64,000 nt of DNA from the IMG/VR virus record IMGVR_UViG_3300027782_000032, positions 126,372 through 190,371 of that record, one strand, 5' to 3'. The stretch is from a virus. The notes beneath the pieces are model-generated. The model ran no database searches. It worked only from the letters and a program-made list of their open reading frames with translations, and was not told the DNA's origin. The stretch's first letter is position 1. Every line of letters starts with the position of its first letter. This document shows positions 63,245-64,000 of this stretch, one piece after another. The translations under genes and the position numbers were made by a program.

Positions 63245-63690
63245 TAGTATGCCCCTCCCATTACACATACTTGCAAAGCTGTAGTACTAGCAGTAGTAGT
63301 AACACTAACAGAGGCAAAAAGCTTAAATGTTGAAGGAAGAACTAGAGGGTTAGCAAAAGTTAAAGTAGTAGTAAATCCAGCAACAGTAGTCGAAGGAGTT
63401 ATAGCGGTCACAAGTATTTCTGTGAATAAGAAAGCTGTAGTACCATCCCATACCCAAATGCCCACTATGTTACCGGCAGTTGCTGATGTAAAAGAAGTAG
63501 AGCAAGCATTAACTTGAATACTATCAATCCTTAGCCCATTGGTAGAAGTCGGCACAACTTCGATAATGTTTGCTGCTGCAAGGCTAGCTGTTGCTGTTGG
63601 GCCTCTAGTGGTACAGGCTGTTTGTGCTGCTAGTGTCTTTGCTACAAAGTACGGTGCTTGAGCAAATATAGGTGTTGCTGTTACTGGCAT
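63244..63690 (-). CDS. Thr/Ala-rich beta-strand protein, probably virion tail-associated
   Basis: 148 aa, TAATG-coupled on both sides within the tail block. Confidence 0.55.
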   Translation of the reverse strand: MPVTATPIFAQAPYFVAKTLAAQTACTTRGPTATASLAAANIIEVVPTSTNGLRIDSIQVNACSTSFTSATAGNIVGIWVWDGTTAFLFTEILVTAITPSTTVAGFTTTLTFANPLVLPSTFKLFASVSVTTTASTTALQVCVMGGAY

Positions 63691-63998
63691 TATAAACCTC
63701 CAAAATTGTTAGCTAAGAAAATATCGCTTCCTGATGACTTAGAAGTTTGTGTACCCCAAGAAGGTGCTGCTGTTCCATTGGATTGCAATACTTGCCCCGC
63801 TGTTCCAGCAGCAAGAAAACTAGTTGCACCAGATGCAGTGTTGTAAGGAACTTGGCCAGCACCACCGCCAGCGAGACTAGTTGCAGTTGATGCGTTCCCT
63901 GTTAACGCTGCGGTGATAGTGCCAGCAGAAAAGTTACCAGAAGCATCTCTTTGAACTACATAAGAAGCGGTATTTGCACTTGCTGCGTTTATTCCAAT
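63690..63998 (-). CDS. 3' end of a tail fibre protein (truncated by window edge)
   Basis: Translated by hand: ..VVQRDASGNFSAGTITAALTGNASTATSLAGGGAGQVPY..GTAGQVLQSNGTAAPSW..FGGL*. Confidence 0.8.
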   Translation of the reverse strand: MGINAASANTASYVVQRDASGNFSAGTITAALTGNASTATSLAGGGAGQVPYNTASGATSFLAAGTAGQVLQSNGTAAPSWGTQTSKSSGSDIFLANNFGGL

Positions 63999-64000
63999 TG

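Noticed and set aside
1-64000. Genome-wide stop-codon reassignment (TGA or TAG)
   Set aside because: Conserved genes are full length in the standard code and end in TAA, TAG and TGA; TGA appears in ATGA stop/start overlaps (6996, 10526, 39106). Only one in-frame TGA case was found.
1-64000. CRISPR array, tRNA, rRNA or tmRNA genes
   Set aside because: No regularly spaced repeat-spacer array. The six palindromes are kilobases apart and intragenic. No cloverleaf or TTCGA T-loop was found in the intergenic gaps I inspected by eye.

Overview
A 64-kb segment of a large tailed dsDNA bacteriophage genome (Caudoviricetes-like, roughly 40% GC by eye, standard code, nearly all genes on the minus strand). 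It holds: (i) a replication/recombination block with a RecA-like recombinase, dNMP kinase, family A DNA polymerase fused to a UDG-like domain, TOPRIM primase, SF4 and SF2 helicases and SbcC/SbcD; (ii) an accessory and host-takeover region with CsrA, a sigma-70 region-4 protein, two RNAP alpha-CTD-like proteins, several ribbon-helix-helix proteins, a DenV-family glycosylase and a MoxR AAA + VWA pair; (iii) a dispersed glyco-modification set (GT75/UDP-arabinopyranose-mutase-like protein, GT2-like protein, GT9-GT2 fusion, two sulfotransferase-like proteins, a sugar O-methyltransferase-like protein); (iv) a terminase large subunit and the end of a tail-fibre block with three tandem tail-collar paralogues. 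The strongest signals not explained by gene calls are: a perfect 14-18 bp palindrome TGGAGACGTCTCCA occurring six times inside unrelated genes in all three reading frames, with a ParB-like HTH protein as a candidate reader; a signal-peptide gene interrupted by one in-frame UGA followed by a SECIS-like hairpin; a perfect 55-bp inverted repeat pair bracketing one small gene; and a C-terminal LGDF[KR]xWLxP tag shared by three neighbouring proteins. All family assignments come from motif recognition by eye; no database searches were run.
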